Assembly: GCA_963422395.1 (NCBI GenBank) | Contig: OY729431.1 | Location: 1,716,680 to 1,780,679 of the forward strand | Source: Vicinamibacteria bacterium | Lineage (GTDB): Bacteria; Acidobacteriota; Vicinamibacteria; Marinacidobacterales; Marinacidobacteraceae | Length of the DNA: 64,000 bases | Direction of reading: 5' to 3' | Shown here: positions 21,401 through 29,895 of the stretch, piece by piece | How positions within the stretch are numbered: position 1 is the stretch's first letter | How the letters are laid out: every line of letters begins with the position of its first letter | Program-made: the position numbers and the translations under genes | The notes under the pieces: model-generated | The model's database searches: none | What the model was told of the DNA's origin: nothing | Seen by the model: the letters and a program-made list of their open reading frames with translations, nothing else

Positions 21401-22486
21401 CAGGAAGCGAAGCCGCTCCGCTACCGAATCCTCTGGACCCCGCTCGGCCGGAGCCTGCCCTCCGGCGGCGCTCTGCTCCTCGCGGTCCCGCTCCCCGCCG
21501 ACGAAGCCGAGCGCATCGAAAGCGTCCGGACACTCCAGCGAGCCCTGTTCTTCGGCAGCGGTTCCGTGGCGCTGGTCTTCGCCATCCTGCTGCCCGGCTT
21601 CCTCGCCCGGCGGCTCGCCGCGCCGGTGCGGAGCCTCGCGCGCGCCACCGGCCGCATCGCCGACGGCGAACTCGCCACCCCGGTCCCGGTTCCCGGCGCG
21701 CTCGCCGAGCTGCGATTGCTGGCCGCGAGCGTGGAACGGCTCGTCCGCCGAGTGCCCAGCGTCCGGCGGCGGATGCGCGAGGAGGCCGCTGCCGACCTCA
21801 CCCGCCGGGTCGCCCACGACATCAAGAACGCCCTGGCCCCCATCGGCCTGGCCGCGGACTACATCCGCAAGGTGCAGCGCGACCCGCGCGGCCGCGACCC
21901 CGCGGCCGCGGTGGAGGAAGGCGTCACCGAGATCCTCGGCCAGGTAGAACGCCTCCGCCGCATCTCCTCGGAGTTTTCCGCTCTGGGCGCGCCCCTGCGG
22001 ATCGAGACCGTGGATCCGGCGAAGCTGGTCCGGGACACGGTCGCTCCCTATCTGCGCGCTGCAACCGGACCCCAGGTGTCCTTCAGCGCCGTCGGGTCCC
22101 GACCCATCCAGGCGGACGCGGAACTCGTCGCCCGGATCGTGGAGAACCTTCTCCAAAATGCCCTCGAAGCCGCCTTCGACGCGCCCCGGGACGACGGCGC
22201 CGAAGGCGCCATCGCGGTCCGGATGATCGGAGCGGACGGTTCGCCCTGGATACGGATCGAAGTCGAGGACGACGGGCCGGGCGTCTCTCCCGAACTCCGC
22301 GAGCGGATCTTCGACGCGGCGTTCTCAACCAGGACACGCGGCTCCGGCCTCGGGCTCGCGAACGCGCGCCGGTTCGCCGAAGCGCACCGCGGGCGCCTGA
22401 TCGCCGGCCCCCGTCCCGACGGCGGGCGCGGCCTGCTCCTGACCCTGCAGCTCCCGGTCACGGGGTCGAGAGCCCCCGGCTCGTGA
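18473..22486 (+). CDS. Large polytopic sensor histidine kinase (NtrY-like HisKA/HATPase C-terminus), orphan (no adjacent response regulator)
   Basis: 1337 aa with many predicted transmembrane segments. H-box RRVAHDIKNALAPIGLAADYIR, N-box ENLLQNALEA and G-box DDGPGV...GSGLGLA. Confidence 0.75.
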   Translation: MKPAARRKPSFLGVLHRLTVFGLFLAALLETGNRLALFPGPAIWLLAAGAAAAGALPFSRRTAAGPSERRIALALAGAALVAFGCRLSLGLEAASGPESAARAADRVDAWFAEVTRQIGDSAYLLARTPHIAAAVEGSDARDYRARAFAVLSEWPLATGIDPAGGIGRAGATLYDRNLRPIAWSGGNPDLEGTLAGFFPEGVRAEDCPDPAFPLFLYTERGRRGYLAAAECTRNLLGLVTVELLLLESPPPSSGAPAVSALETAARRGLEIQFLRGTEDPEGLAQLFERRGERFVEGSAEARRYFFALDAYDGQLLGAASTAVAPAAARRAEQRAEARWVAALALLIGGGAAAPALWKTGFAGALLALWTTRLGLAALAQALPAGFAPSLLLPSGAPRIVPFPGISLPGLPLPDLYLLDDSPLGAMLTAAALFLTVRLFQQWHGGKRRGGRPASILRGAVAGAAAVWGAALVRAAGSGALVLAPTWRVGIGWPEVLGWTALLLALSGAVLLVATLLAPRAPVAWPVVLSAFAVVLGAALFTEDDSLGFAALPLVVVLVGLGRRGRLALRRLRRPLLREEPGFAFVIAFALLALPPLLWYPAMHWSEEAALDRYAADAAPVQIRRHRLAVCHALGEAARALDTQPSNLEPLRPETAYRLWLATGLARLTAASALEVRGPGGGVSRFGVGLSRRPDPPPSDLAGLDWSPIPDCQRDGPFREDTILSTQRRFASGSRVTLRAAVRTREIPFLPQPPGIADHFLSRGDAAPVVFQGRDLRLARGASGEPAPGRISAEVTVAGEPFLVSWRATRAADIAARLLGWVFLAALVALLVALAARLRLLVPGPGGRVRRRSFQMQLTETLATAVLVAIFGLVLFTQQRLSGLLEAASDREALDRSRAVQRVAGELGGLDFAATPEELASRLAHAADQLDTDAALYAGGGLIAVSRPELVQTGLLPPRPPPVAVGGRPPRAPVFSFQEAKPLRYRILWTPLGRSLPSGGALLLAVPLPADEAERIESVRTLQRALFFGSGSVALVFAILLPGFLARRLAAPVRSLARATGRIADGELATPVPVPGALAELRLLAASVERLVRRVPSVRRRMREEAAADLTRRVAHDIKNALAPIGLAADYIRKVQRDPRGRDPAAAVEEGVTEILGQVERLRRISSEFSALGAPLRIETVDPAKLVRDTVAPYLRAATGPQVSFSAVGSRPIQADAELVARIVENLLQNALEAAFDAPRDDGAEGAIAVRMIGADGSPWIRIEVEDDGPGVSPELRERIFDAAFSTRTRGSGLGLANARRFAEAHRGRLIAGPRPDGGRGLLLTLQLPVTGSRAPGS

Positions 22487-22511
22487 CCGGGGCGCCCGGA
22501 GGATCACGCCG

Positions 22512-23078
22512 ATGACGAACCTTCCGATATCGGATCGACGGCGCCCGGCGCGGTTTCTCGCTGAGCTGACAGCACTCGTTTTCGCTGTCGCGGGGAGCGG
22601 TTGTACGCCGGCGGCGGCGCCGCCGGCGGATCTCGACGAAGCGCTCGGGCTGGTCCGGCTGGCGTTCGAGGCCGGAGATCCGCACCACCTGGAGCCGCTC
22701 TATCCGTCGGGCTGGGCGCTCGTGTCGCTCTCCGGCGAACCCCGGCGGAGCGTCACCGGCGCCGAGCTGGAACGGCTGCTCGCCCGGATGTTCCGAAGCC
22801 GCGCACCCGTTGCCTACGACGAGCGCCCAAGGTCCATCCTCCGCTCGCGGGACGGTGCCTACGCCCTCTTCGCCCCCGAGTGGTCCAGCATGGTCCTGGG
22901 TACCGACCGGCTGATCGTCGAACTCTTCCGCATCGGCCTCGAACGCGCCTCCGCCGAGGAATCCGCCGCCGATCCGCCTCCCGCCGCCCGGTCCGACGCT
23001 GAAGGATTCTCCGACGAGGAGTCGGCTGTCGGGCGGACCGGCTGGCAGATCCGCGAATTCACCGTCCGCACCCGCTGA
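22512..23078 (+). CDS. Hypothetical lipoprotein
   Basis: Lipobox-like AVAGSGC. Consistent GC3 codon bias. No recognisable domain. Confidence 0.5.
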   Translation: MTNLPISDRRRPARFLAELTALVFAVAGSGCTPAAAPPADLDEALGLVRLAFEAGDPHHLEPLYPSGWALVSLSGEPRRSVTGAELERLLARMFRSRAPVAYDERPRSILRSRDGAYALFAPEWSSMVLGTDRLIVELFRIGLERASAEESAADPPPAARSDAEGFSDEESAVGRTGWQIREFTVRTR

Positions 23079-23092
23079 CTGCCGCAACCGCC

Positions 23093-23214
23093 TGTGGATG
23101 AAGCGGCGCATCGCCCGGAGAGCGGTCCAGTTCTCCCGGTATGCCTCCCGATTCGCGCCTTGTCTGCCAGGCGCCTCCCCGGTCTCGGTGCTCGCGCCAC
23201 TTCATCCACAGGCT
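23093..23214. repeat. 18-bp imperfect inverted repeat pair (ctgtggatgaagcggcgc / gcgccacttcatccacag) flanking an 86-bp spacer; TGT-terminated like IS481 ends
   Basis: The arms are reverse complements with one mismatch. The element lies immediately upstream of the IS481-family transposase. Confidence 0.5.
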
Positions 23215-24265
23215 GCTAACAGTGACCTTGCGGTAGGTTGTTCACGCGAGCCCGATGCCCGAAGCTCATGGGCATCCACGATCTCTCAGCATGAGGAGGA
23301 ACCCGCATGAACATCCACAAGTCGGCCAAACTGACCCCACTCGGTCGAGAGATCCTGGTTCGCCGCATCACCGAGGAAGGCCTCCGCGTCGAGGCGGCGG
23401 CCCAGGCCTCGGGGGTGAGCGTGCGCACCGCATACAAGTGGCTCGCCCGCTGGCGCGAGGAGGGCCTGCCGGGCCTCGGGGACCGCTCCTCGCGCCCGCA
23501 TCGCTGCCCCCACCGCACCAGCGAGGCGCGGCGCACCCGAGTCGTCGAACTGCGGCGCGAGCGCCGCACCTACCACGACATCAGCCAGCAGCTCGGCATC
23601 TCCCCCAGCACCGTGGGGCGCATCGCCCAGCGCGCCGGGGTCAACCGCCTCTCCCAGCTCGAACCACCCCCGCCCCCCAACCGCTATGTCTATCCAGATC
23701 CCGGGGGCCTCCTCCACCTCGACATCAAGAAACTCGGGCGCTTCCGGCGCCCCGGACACCGCGCCACCGGAAACCGCCGCTCCACCAGCCCCCGCGCCGG
23801 CTGGGAGTTCGTCCATGTCTGCGTGGACGACCACTCCCGCCTCGCTTTCTCCAAAATCCTCCCCGACGAATCCGCCCATAGCGCCGCCGCCTTCCTCACC
23901 GACGCACTCGCCTACTTCCAAAGCCTCGCTATCCCCGTGCAACGCCTCCTCACCGACAATGGCGGCTGCTACCGCTCCCGCCTCTTCAACGCACGATGCC
24001 AACAGGCAGGCATCCGCCACCTCTACACCCGTCCCTTCACCCCCCGAACCAACGGAAAAGCCGAGCGCTTCATCCAAACCGTTCTCAGAGAATGGGCCTA
24101 CGCACACACCTACCAGAGCTCCGACCAGCGCGCCGCCCAACTGCCCGCCTGGCTCCACCGATACAACTGGCACCGGCCTCACACCAGCCTCCATCACCGA
24201 CCCCCCATCCAGGCGCTCGACTCCCCCCTCAACAACCTGGTGAGCTTGCACAGCTAGAAGGGCGA
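23214..24265 (+). mobile_element. IS481-family insertion sequence (boundaries approximate)
   Basis: Contains a complete IS481-type transposase. The right end must lie within about 8 bp of the convergent pssA stop. Confidence 0.6.
23307..24257 (+). CDS. IS481 family transposase (HTH + DDE integrase core)
   Basis: 316 aa. N-terminal HTH, DDE core region (HLDIKKLGRF ... VCVDDHSRLAF ... TDNGGCY ... TNGKAERF). Confidence 0.85.
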   Translation: MNIHKSAKLTPLGREILVRRITEEGLRVEAAAQASGVSVRTAYKWLARWREEGLPGLGDRSSRPHRCPHRTSEARRTRVVELRRERRTYHDISQQLGISPSTVGRIAQRAGVNRLSQLEPPPPPNRYVYPDPGGLLHLDIKKLGRFRRPGHRATGNRRSTSPRAGWEFVHVCVDDHSRLAFSKILPDESAHSAAAFLTDALAYFQSLAIPVQRLLTDNGGCYRSRLFNARCQQAGIRHLYTRPFTPRTNGKAERFIQTVLREWAYAHTYQSSDQRAAQLPAWLHRYNWHRPHTSLHHRPPIQALDSPLNNLVSLHS

Positions 24266-25054
24266 CTAGTCCGGGTCGGGAGTAGCGGGGGTCGGGCGGG
24301 AGTCCTCGCCGCCTTCGGAGATGGGAGCGCGGAAACGGCGGCCCGCCTGCCGGAAGATGAGGAACACCGGAGAGACCGCATAGGCGCCGGCGAGGAAGAT
24401 GAACATCGCCACCGGCTCGGCGATCGTGGCGACGATGAAGACCGCCACCACCACGAGGGTGCGGTGCGACTGCGGACGGCGGCCGGTCATCCCCTTGAAG
24501 CTCGGATAGCGCACCGGGCTGTTCATGAGGAGCGCCACGGCGAGGGTTCCGAACAGGGAGGCGGCGGCGGCGATTTCGCCCACCGGAGTTTCGGGATGCC
24601 AATAGACGACCGCGCCGACGAGCGCAGCGGCGGCAGGACTCGACATTCCCGAGTAGAAACCGGGATCGGCGCTCAGTCGGCCGACATTGAACCGCGCCAG
24701 CCGCACTGCGGCGCAGACGGCGAAGAGCGCCGCGACCAGCCAGCCGGTCTGCGGCCAGCGGTGGAGTACCCAGGCGTAGGACAGGACCGCGGGCGCCACC
24801 CCGAAGGAACTCATGTCGGCGAGCGAATCCAGTTCGCGGCCGAAGTCGCTGGCGGCGGCGGCGAAGCGGGCGACTCGTCCATCCACCAGATCGGCCAGGA
24901 TGGCGAAGCCGATGGCGAGCGCTGCGCCCGCGAACTCGCCCCGCAGACTCTGGACGATGGAAAAGAATCCGAAGAAGATGTTCGCGACGGTGAACAGCGC
25001 CGGCAGCAGGAAGACCCCCCGCCGGGTTCGCAGATTCTCTTTCTCTCGTCTCAT
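24266..25054 (-). CDS. pssA: CDP-diacylglycerol--serine O-phosphatidyltransferase (CDP-alcohol phosphatidyltransferase family)
   Basis: ILADLVDGRVAR...ELDSLAD motif. Start taken at MRREKENLRTRRGVFLLP. The longer ORF extends further upstream, and there is a 4-bp overlap with psd. Confidence 0.75.
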   Translation of the reverse strand: MRREKENLRTRRGVFLLPALFTVANIFFGFFSIVQSLRGEFAGAALAIGFAILADLVDGRVARFAAAASDFGRELDSLADMSSFGVAPAVLSYAWVLHRWPQTGWLVAALFAVCAAVRLARFNVGRLSADPGFYSGMSSPAAAALVGAVVYWHPETPVGEIAAAASLFGTLAVALLMNSPVRYPSFKGMTGRRPQSHRTLVVVAVFIVATIAEPVAMFIFLAGAYAVSPVFLIFRQAGRRFRAPISEGGEDSRPTPATPDPD

Positions 25055-25770
25055 CGGAATCGGGCGATCACCGTCTCGCCGCCCCGGACCCGGTCCCCCG
25101 CGCGAACCAGCACCTCGACCCCGGGCGGGAGCAGGACGTCGGTCCGCGAACCGAAGCGGATCAGGCCGAAACGCTCGCCGGCGGCCAGCCGGTGCCCGGG
25201 CCGGGCGCGGCAGACGATCCGGCGGGCGAGCACGCCGGCGATCTGATGGATCCGCATCGTCCCGCGCGCGGTGCGCAGCTCCAGCTCGTTCCTCTCGTTC
25301 CTCGCCGCGGCGTCCCCGCGAAACGCCGCCCGGAATTCTCCCTCGCGATAGCGCACCGCTTCCACCCGTCCCGCGGTGGGGGACCGGTTGATGTGCACAT
25401 CGAAAACCGAAAGGAAGATGCTCACCCGGCGGGTTTCCGGGTTCCCTTCCCCGGCGGAGCCGACCTCGGTGACGCGCCCGTCTGCGGGAGCGACGAGCGC
25501 TGCCGGATCCTCCGGAGGACGGCGTTCCGGGTCGCGGAAGAAGAACCCGCAAAAACCCGCGAGAACGAGAAAGGCCGCACCGGTCCAGCCGGCCGCCGCC
25601 GACCCGAAGAGCCCGGCGCCGGCGAACGAAACCGCCGCTGCCCCCAGGGGCGTCAGGATGAAGACCCAGCCCTCGTCGGCAATCGGGAGCCTTCGGGGCG
25701 GGAATCCCGAAAGCACCCCTTCGCGCTCCCCCTTTCGGCGGCGCGCCGCCGGAAGGCGCCCGGTCACCAC
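25051..25770 (-). CDS. psd: Phosphatidylserine decarboxylase (short archaeal-type proenzyme)
   Basis: Membrane N-terminus, FLSVFDVHINRSP motif, and an operon with pssA. Confidence 0.8.
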   Translation of the reverse strand: MVTGRLPAARRRKGEREGVLSGFPPRRLPIADEGWVFILTPLGAAAVSFAGAGLFGSAAAGWTGAAFLVLAGFCGFFFRDPERRPPEDPAALVAPADGRVTEVGSAGEGNPETRRVSIFLSVFDVHINRSPTAGRVEAVRYREGEFRAAFRGDAAARNERNELELRTARGTMRIHQIAGVLARRIVCRARPGHRLAAGERFGLIRFGSRTDVLLPPGVEVLVRAGDRVRGGETVIARFR

Positions 25771-25780
25771 GAACGGAGGA

Positions 25781-26053
25781 TCAGGAGGATGCGCCGAGCG
25801 CGGTGATCCGATCCTTGAGGGCCAGCTTGCGCTTCTTCATCACTGCGGCTTCGTGCTCTTCCGCCGGAGTCAAGCGGCCGGCGGCGGCGAACTCTCGCAA
25901 CCGGTCGTCCAGTTCGCGGTGTTGCCGGATCAATTCCTCGACCCCGGAACGGTCTTCCGACGGGCCGGCAGCGGCTCCGGAAGGCGACTCGAGAATCGGC
26001 CCGGAACCGGCTGCGGATCGAGGATCGGTTTCCAGCGGCTCTTCTATCGTCAT
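25781..26053 (-). CDS. DUF465 (YdcH-like) small coiled-coil protein
   Basis: HRELDDRL ... KKRKLALKDRI pattern. 90 aa. Confidence 0.6.
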   Translation of the reverse strand: MTIEEPLETDPRSAAGSGPILESPSGAAAGPSEDRSGVEELIRQHRELDDRLREFAAAGRLTPAEEHEAAVMKKRKLALKDRITALGASS

Positions 26054-26241
26054 GAACGCCTCCCGTTCGTCTCGTGGTCGTCTCTGGCATCCGGGACGGC
26101 GGCGGCTCCGGGAGCAATCACCACAGGATCGATGCCGTAGCGTAGCCGAACCCCGGCCCGGCTCCCCACTTCGGCCGCCCCGTACACCCGAGTCGCCGCA
26201 ACCGGCCGAAACCGACGAGGGATACCGGCTCGCGGCGTACG

Positions 26242-27060
26242 ATGCCCGCCGTGTCAGCCGAAGAGAACGCGCCCGCGCCGGAAGGTGCCGCGGCGGCGGG
26301 GCCGGTGCTCGCCCTCGACACCACCGGCGCGCTCGGCAGCGTAGCGGTCTGGTTCACCGGTTCGGAGTCGGGGGCGGACGCCGCAGTCGTCGAGACCTTC
26401 GGGCCATCGAACCGCCACGCGGCGCAACTGCTCCCCGCGATCCGACGGGCGCTCGACCGCGCGGGGGTCGGCCCGGGGGATCTGCTGCTCCTCGCCGCGA
26501 CCCGCGGCCCCGGATCCTTCACCGGCCTCCGGGTGGGTCTCGCGACGGTTCAGGGGCTTTCGCTCGGCTCCGGAATTCCGGCGGTGGGGGTGTCGAGCCT
26601 CGACGCGGCCGCACTCGCCGACCATCTCGAAAGCGCTCTGCCCAACGACCGATCCACTCCCCGACTTTCCACGGTGGACGCGCTCCGGGGGGAACTCTTC
26701 GCCGCGGCCTACGAACGGCCGGACTCGCCCGCGGCGGCGGGGCCGGTTCGACTCGCACCGCGGGAAGCGGGACGGTGGGCGCGGGAGCGGAATCTGGGGC
26801 GGATCTGCGGACCCGGCGCGGCCCGCTATCGCGAGGAGATCGCCGCGGGAATCGGCAGCGGGACTCCGAGGGCAGCGGCCGGCGGCATGGGGGACGATCG
26901 AGAGCACGACGAGTTCGGAAACCGCCCCCCCGGCATCACGATCGCCAGCGATCCGATTCCGCTCGCACCGGCGGCAGCCCGGCTCGGCTTCCATGCCTTT
27001 CGCCGCGGCGTCTCCGACCTCTCCCCCCTCTATCTGCGCGACCCCGACATCCACCGCTGA
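26242..27060 (+). CDS. tsaB: tRNA threonylcarbamoyladenosine biosynthesis protein TsaB (YeaZ family)
   Basis: ALDTTGALGSVAV, LLLAATRGPGSFTGLRVGLATVQGL. Confidence 0.7.
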   Translation: MPAVSAEENAPAPEGAAAAGPVLALDTTGALGSVAVWFTGSESGADAAVVETFGPSNRHAAQLLPAIRRALDRAGVGPGDLLLLAATRGPGSFTGLRVGLATVQGLSLGSGIPAVGVSSLDAAALADHLESALPNDRSTPRLSTVDALRGELFAAAYERPDSPAAAGPVRLAPREAGRWARERNLGRICGPGAARYREEIAAGIGSGTPRAAAGGMGDDREHDEFGNRPPGITIASDPIPLAPAAARLGFHAFRRGVSDLSPLYLRDPDIHR

Positions 27061-27264
27061 CGAAAGGCCCGCCCTATCCACCCCGCGGCGGCGGCGAACC
27101 AGCCGCCGGTCGGGACCACCAGCTCCCGAGGGGAATCCCCGGATAGCATCGGCTTCGTGATCCCCACGGCACCCCGACTCTTTCCTCCGCAGGGCTCCGC
27201 ACCGGAAGCTGCCGGCGGGCCGGTGCGCCCGACCCGCCGCCGGTCGCGCGGAGAGTCGCCGGCC

Positions 27265-29895
27265 ATGCGCCAATACCTCGATCTGAAGCGCGAGGCTGAA
27301 GACGCCATCCTCTTCTTCCGCATGGGCGACTTCTACGAGGTCTTCTTCGAGGACGCCCAGCAGGCGGCGCAGGTGCTGAACATCGCCGTGACCTCGCGCC
27401 AGAAGAGTGCCGACGGAAGCGCGATTCCGATGGCGGGAGTGCCGCACCACGCCGCCGAGACCTACATCGCCCGACTCGTGCGCGCTGGATTCCGGGTGGC
27501 GGTGTGCGACCAGGTGGAGCCCGCCGGCGCCTCGCGCAGCCCGGTGCGCCGCGAGATCGTCCGCATCGCCACCCCGGCCACCTACCTCGACCCCGGGTAC
27601 CTGGCGGATTCGGAAGCGGCCTATCTGATGGCGGCTGCCGAGCTCGGGACCGCGCAGCGGCCACTGCTGGGAGCAGCCTGGGTGGATCTGTCCACCGGCG
27701 ACTTCACCGCCGCCGAATTCGGAGCGGAGACCCGCTTCCGGGAATGCGCCGAGGCGATGTCCGCGTTTCGCCCGCGCGAACTCCTCGCGGCGGAGGGCGC
27801 ACCGCCGCGCGCGCTGCTCGCGGCCGCCGAAGGCGAGCCGCTCCTGACCCGGCGTCCCGGGTTCTGGTTCGAGTTCGAGCATGCGAGGGAGACCCTGCTC
27901 CGTCATTTCGGCACCGCTTCGCTCGAATCCTTCGGCGTCGAGGGAAGCCCGGCGGCGGTTGCGGCCGCCGGCGCGGCGATCAGCTATCTGGAGGAGACCC
28001 AGCGCGCCCGCCTCGCCCACCTCGTCGCCCTGAAACGCCTCGATACCTCCGGCCGGATGCCGCTCGACCCGGTGACCCTGCGGAATCTCGAGATCTTCCA
28101 GACGCTTTCCGGCGCCCGCACCGGCGCGACGCTGGTCGAAACCCTCGACCGCACCTGTACCGGAATGGGCGCGCGGCTGCTGCGGCGCCGTCTCGCCGGG
28201 CCGCTGCTAGACAGAGGGTTTATCCGCGAACGGCACCGGGCGGTCGACGAGCTGACCCGCGACCGCACCCTCTCGAACGCTGTCGCCGAAGCGCTCGGGA
28301 ACTGCCCCGATCTCGAACGGCTGACCTCCCGGGTCGCCCTCCGCGTCGCCGGACCCCGCGAATACCTGAAAGTCGCCGAGGCCCTCTCGGTCGCCGAAAC
28401 GCTTCGGGAAACCCTCGGCCCGGCGGGCACCAGCCTCCTCTGCAGTATCCGGGAGCGGCTCGATCCGCTCCCACCCATCCGCCGCCGCATCGAAGAGACG
28501 GTTGCCGGCGACGCCCCCCTTCTCCTCCGCGAGGGAGGGGTGATCCGGCCGGGGGTATCCGCGGAACTCGACGAGCTGCGGCGCCTCCGTTTCCATGGCC
28601 ACGAGCGCATCCGGGACATGGAGGCACAGGAGCGGCAGCGCACTGGCATCCCGTCGCTCCGCATCCGCTACAAACAGGTGTTCGGCTACACCATCGAGGT
28701 GGGCAAGGGATACGCCGACCGGGTTCCCGAGGACTACCACCGGCGGCAGACCCTGGTGAACGCCGAGCGGTATGTAACCGAGGAGCTGAAGGAGTTCGAG
28801 GCACGGGTGGCCAGCGCCGAGGATGGCATCCGCGAGTTCGAATCCCAGCTCTTCCGAGCCCTAGAAGCGGAGGTCGGCGCCGCGGTGCCGGCGATCCTCC
28901 GGACCGCCGCCGCGCTCGGAGAAGCAGATGTAGCGCTAGGACTCGCCAACACTGCGTTCTCCCGCGACTATGTGATGCCGGAAATGCACGCTGGATTCGA
29001 AATCGAAGTTTCTGCCGGCCGCCACCCGGTGGTGGAAGCGGTCAGCGACGAGCGGTTCGTCCCGAACGACCTCCGGCTCGACGAGGGCTGCTTCCTCATG
29101 ATCCTCACCGGCCCCAACATGGGCGGGAAATCCACCTTCCTGCGGCAGACGGCGCTCCACGCGGTGATGGCACAGATGGGCTCCTTCGTTCCGGCGGCCG
29201 CCGCCCGGCTGCCGGTGGTGGATCGGGTCTTCGCCCGGGTCGGCGCTTCCGACGATCTCTCCCGCGGGCGTTCCACCTTCCTCACCGAGATGGAGGAAAC
29301 CGCGCACATACTCCACCACACCACCCGGCGCAGCCTGGTGCTGCTCGACGAGGTGGGGCGCGGCACCGCGACCTACGACGGTCTTTCGCTCGCCTGGGCC
29401 ATCGTGGAACACATCGCACGCGCTCCCGGGCTGCAGATGAAGACGCTGTTCGCGACCCACTACCACGAACTGACCGCGCTCGCCGCGGCGGAACGAGGGG
29501 TGGTGAACTTCCATGTCGAGGCGAAAGAGCATCGGGACGAAATCGTGTTCCTGCGCCAAGTGGCCCCCGGCGGCACGAACCGCAGCTACGGCATCCAGGT
29601 AGCGAAGCTCGCCGGAATCCCCGCTGCGGTCGTCCAGCGAGCGGGCGAAGTGCTCGGAAGCCTGACCGAAGAAGCCGGCGGGCGCGGCGCCCGGCGGCCG
29701 CCACCGGAACCCGGCGTCTCCCACTCCCCGCTCGAGCGGGCGGAACGCCGCGTGGCGGAAGCCCTGCGCGCCGCCGAACCCGACGCGATCAGCCCCAAGG
29801 AAGCGCTCGACCTGCTCTATCGCCTCCGGCAGCAGCTCGAACCTGCGGCTTCCCGCACCGCCAGGATGGATTCCGTACCGCCGGAGGGCGCCTGA
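27265..29895 (+). CDS. mutS: DNA mismatch repair protein MutS
   Basis: N-terminus MRQYLDLK...FYEVFFEDA, Walker A GPNMGGKSTFLRQ and DEVGRGT. Confidence 0.9.
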   Translation: MRQYLDLKREAEDAILFFRMGDFYEVFFEDAQQAAQVLNIAVTSRQKSADGSAIPMAGVPHHAAETYIARLVRAGFRVAVCDQVEPAGASRSPVRREIVRIATPATYLDPGYLADSEAAYLMAAAELGTAQRPLLGAAWVDLSTGDFTAAEFGAETRFRECAEAMSAFRPRELLAAEGAPPRALLAAAEGEPLLTRRPGFWFEFEHARETLLRHFGTASLESFGVEGSPAAVAAAGAAISYLEETQRARLAHLVALKRLDTSGRMPLDPVTLRNLEIFQTLSGARTGATLVETLDRTCTGMGARLLRRRLAGPLLDRGFIRERHRAVDELTRDRTLSNAVAEALGNCPDLERLTSRVALRVAGPREYLKVAEALSVAETLRETLGPAGTSLLCSIRERLDPLPPIRRRIEETVAGDAPLLLREGGVIRPGVSAELDELRRLRFHGHERIRDMEAQERQRTGIPSLRIRYKQVFGYTIEVGKGYADRVPEDYHRRQTLVNAERYVTEELKEFEARVASAEDGIREFESQLFRALEAEVGAAVPAILRTAAALGEADVALGLANTAFSRDYVMPEMHAGFEIEVSAGRHPVVEAVSDERFVPNDLRLDEGCFLMILTGPNMGGKSTFLRQTALHAVMAQMGSFVPAAAARLPVVDRVFARVGASDDLSRGRSTFLTEMEETAHILHHTTRRSLVLLDEVGRGTATYDGLSLAWAIVEHIARAPGLQMKTLFATHYHELTALAAAERGVVNFHVEAKEHRDEIVFLRQVAPGGTNRSYGIQVAKLAGIPAAVVQRAGEVLGSLTEEAGGRGARRPPPEPGVSHSPLERAERRVAEALRAAEPDAISPKEALDLLYRLRQQLEPAASRTARMDSVPPEGA

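Noticed and set aside
19162-22515. 1117-aa ORF in an alternative frame overlapping the histidine kinase gene
   Set aside because: Extremely Arg/Pro/Gly-rich low-complexity translation typical of wrong-frame reading in 70% GC DNA. The co-located frame has clear HisKA/HATPase motifs.
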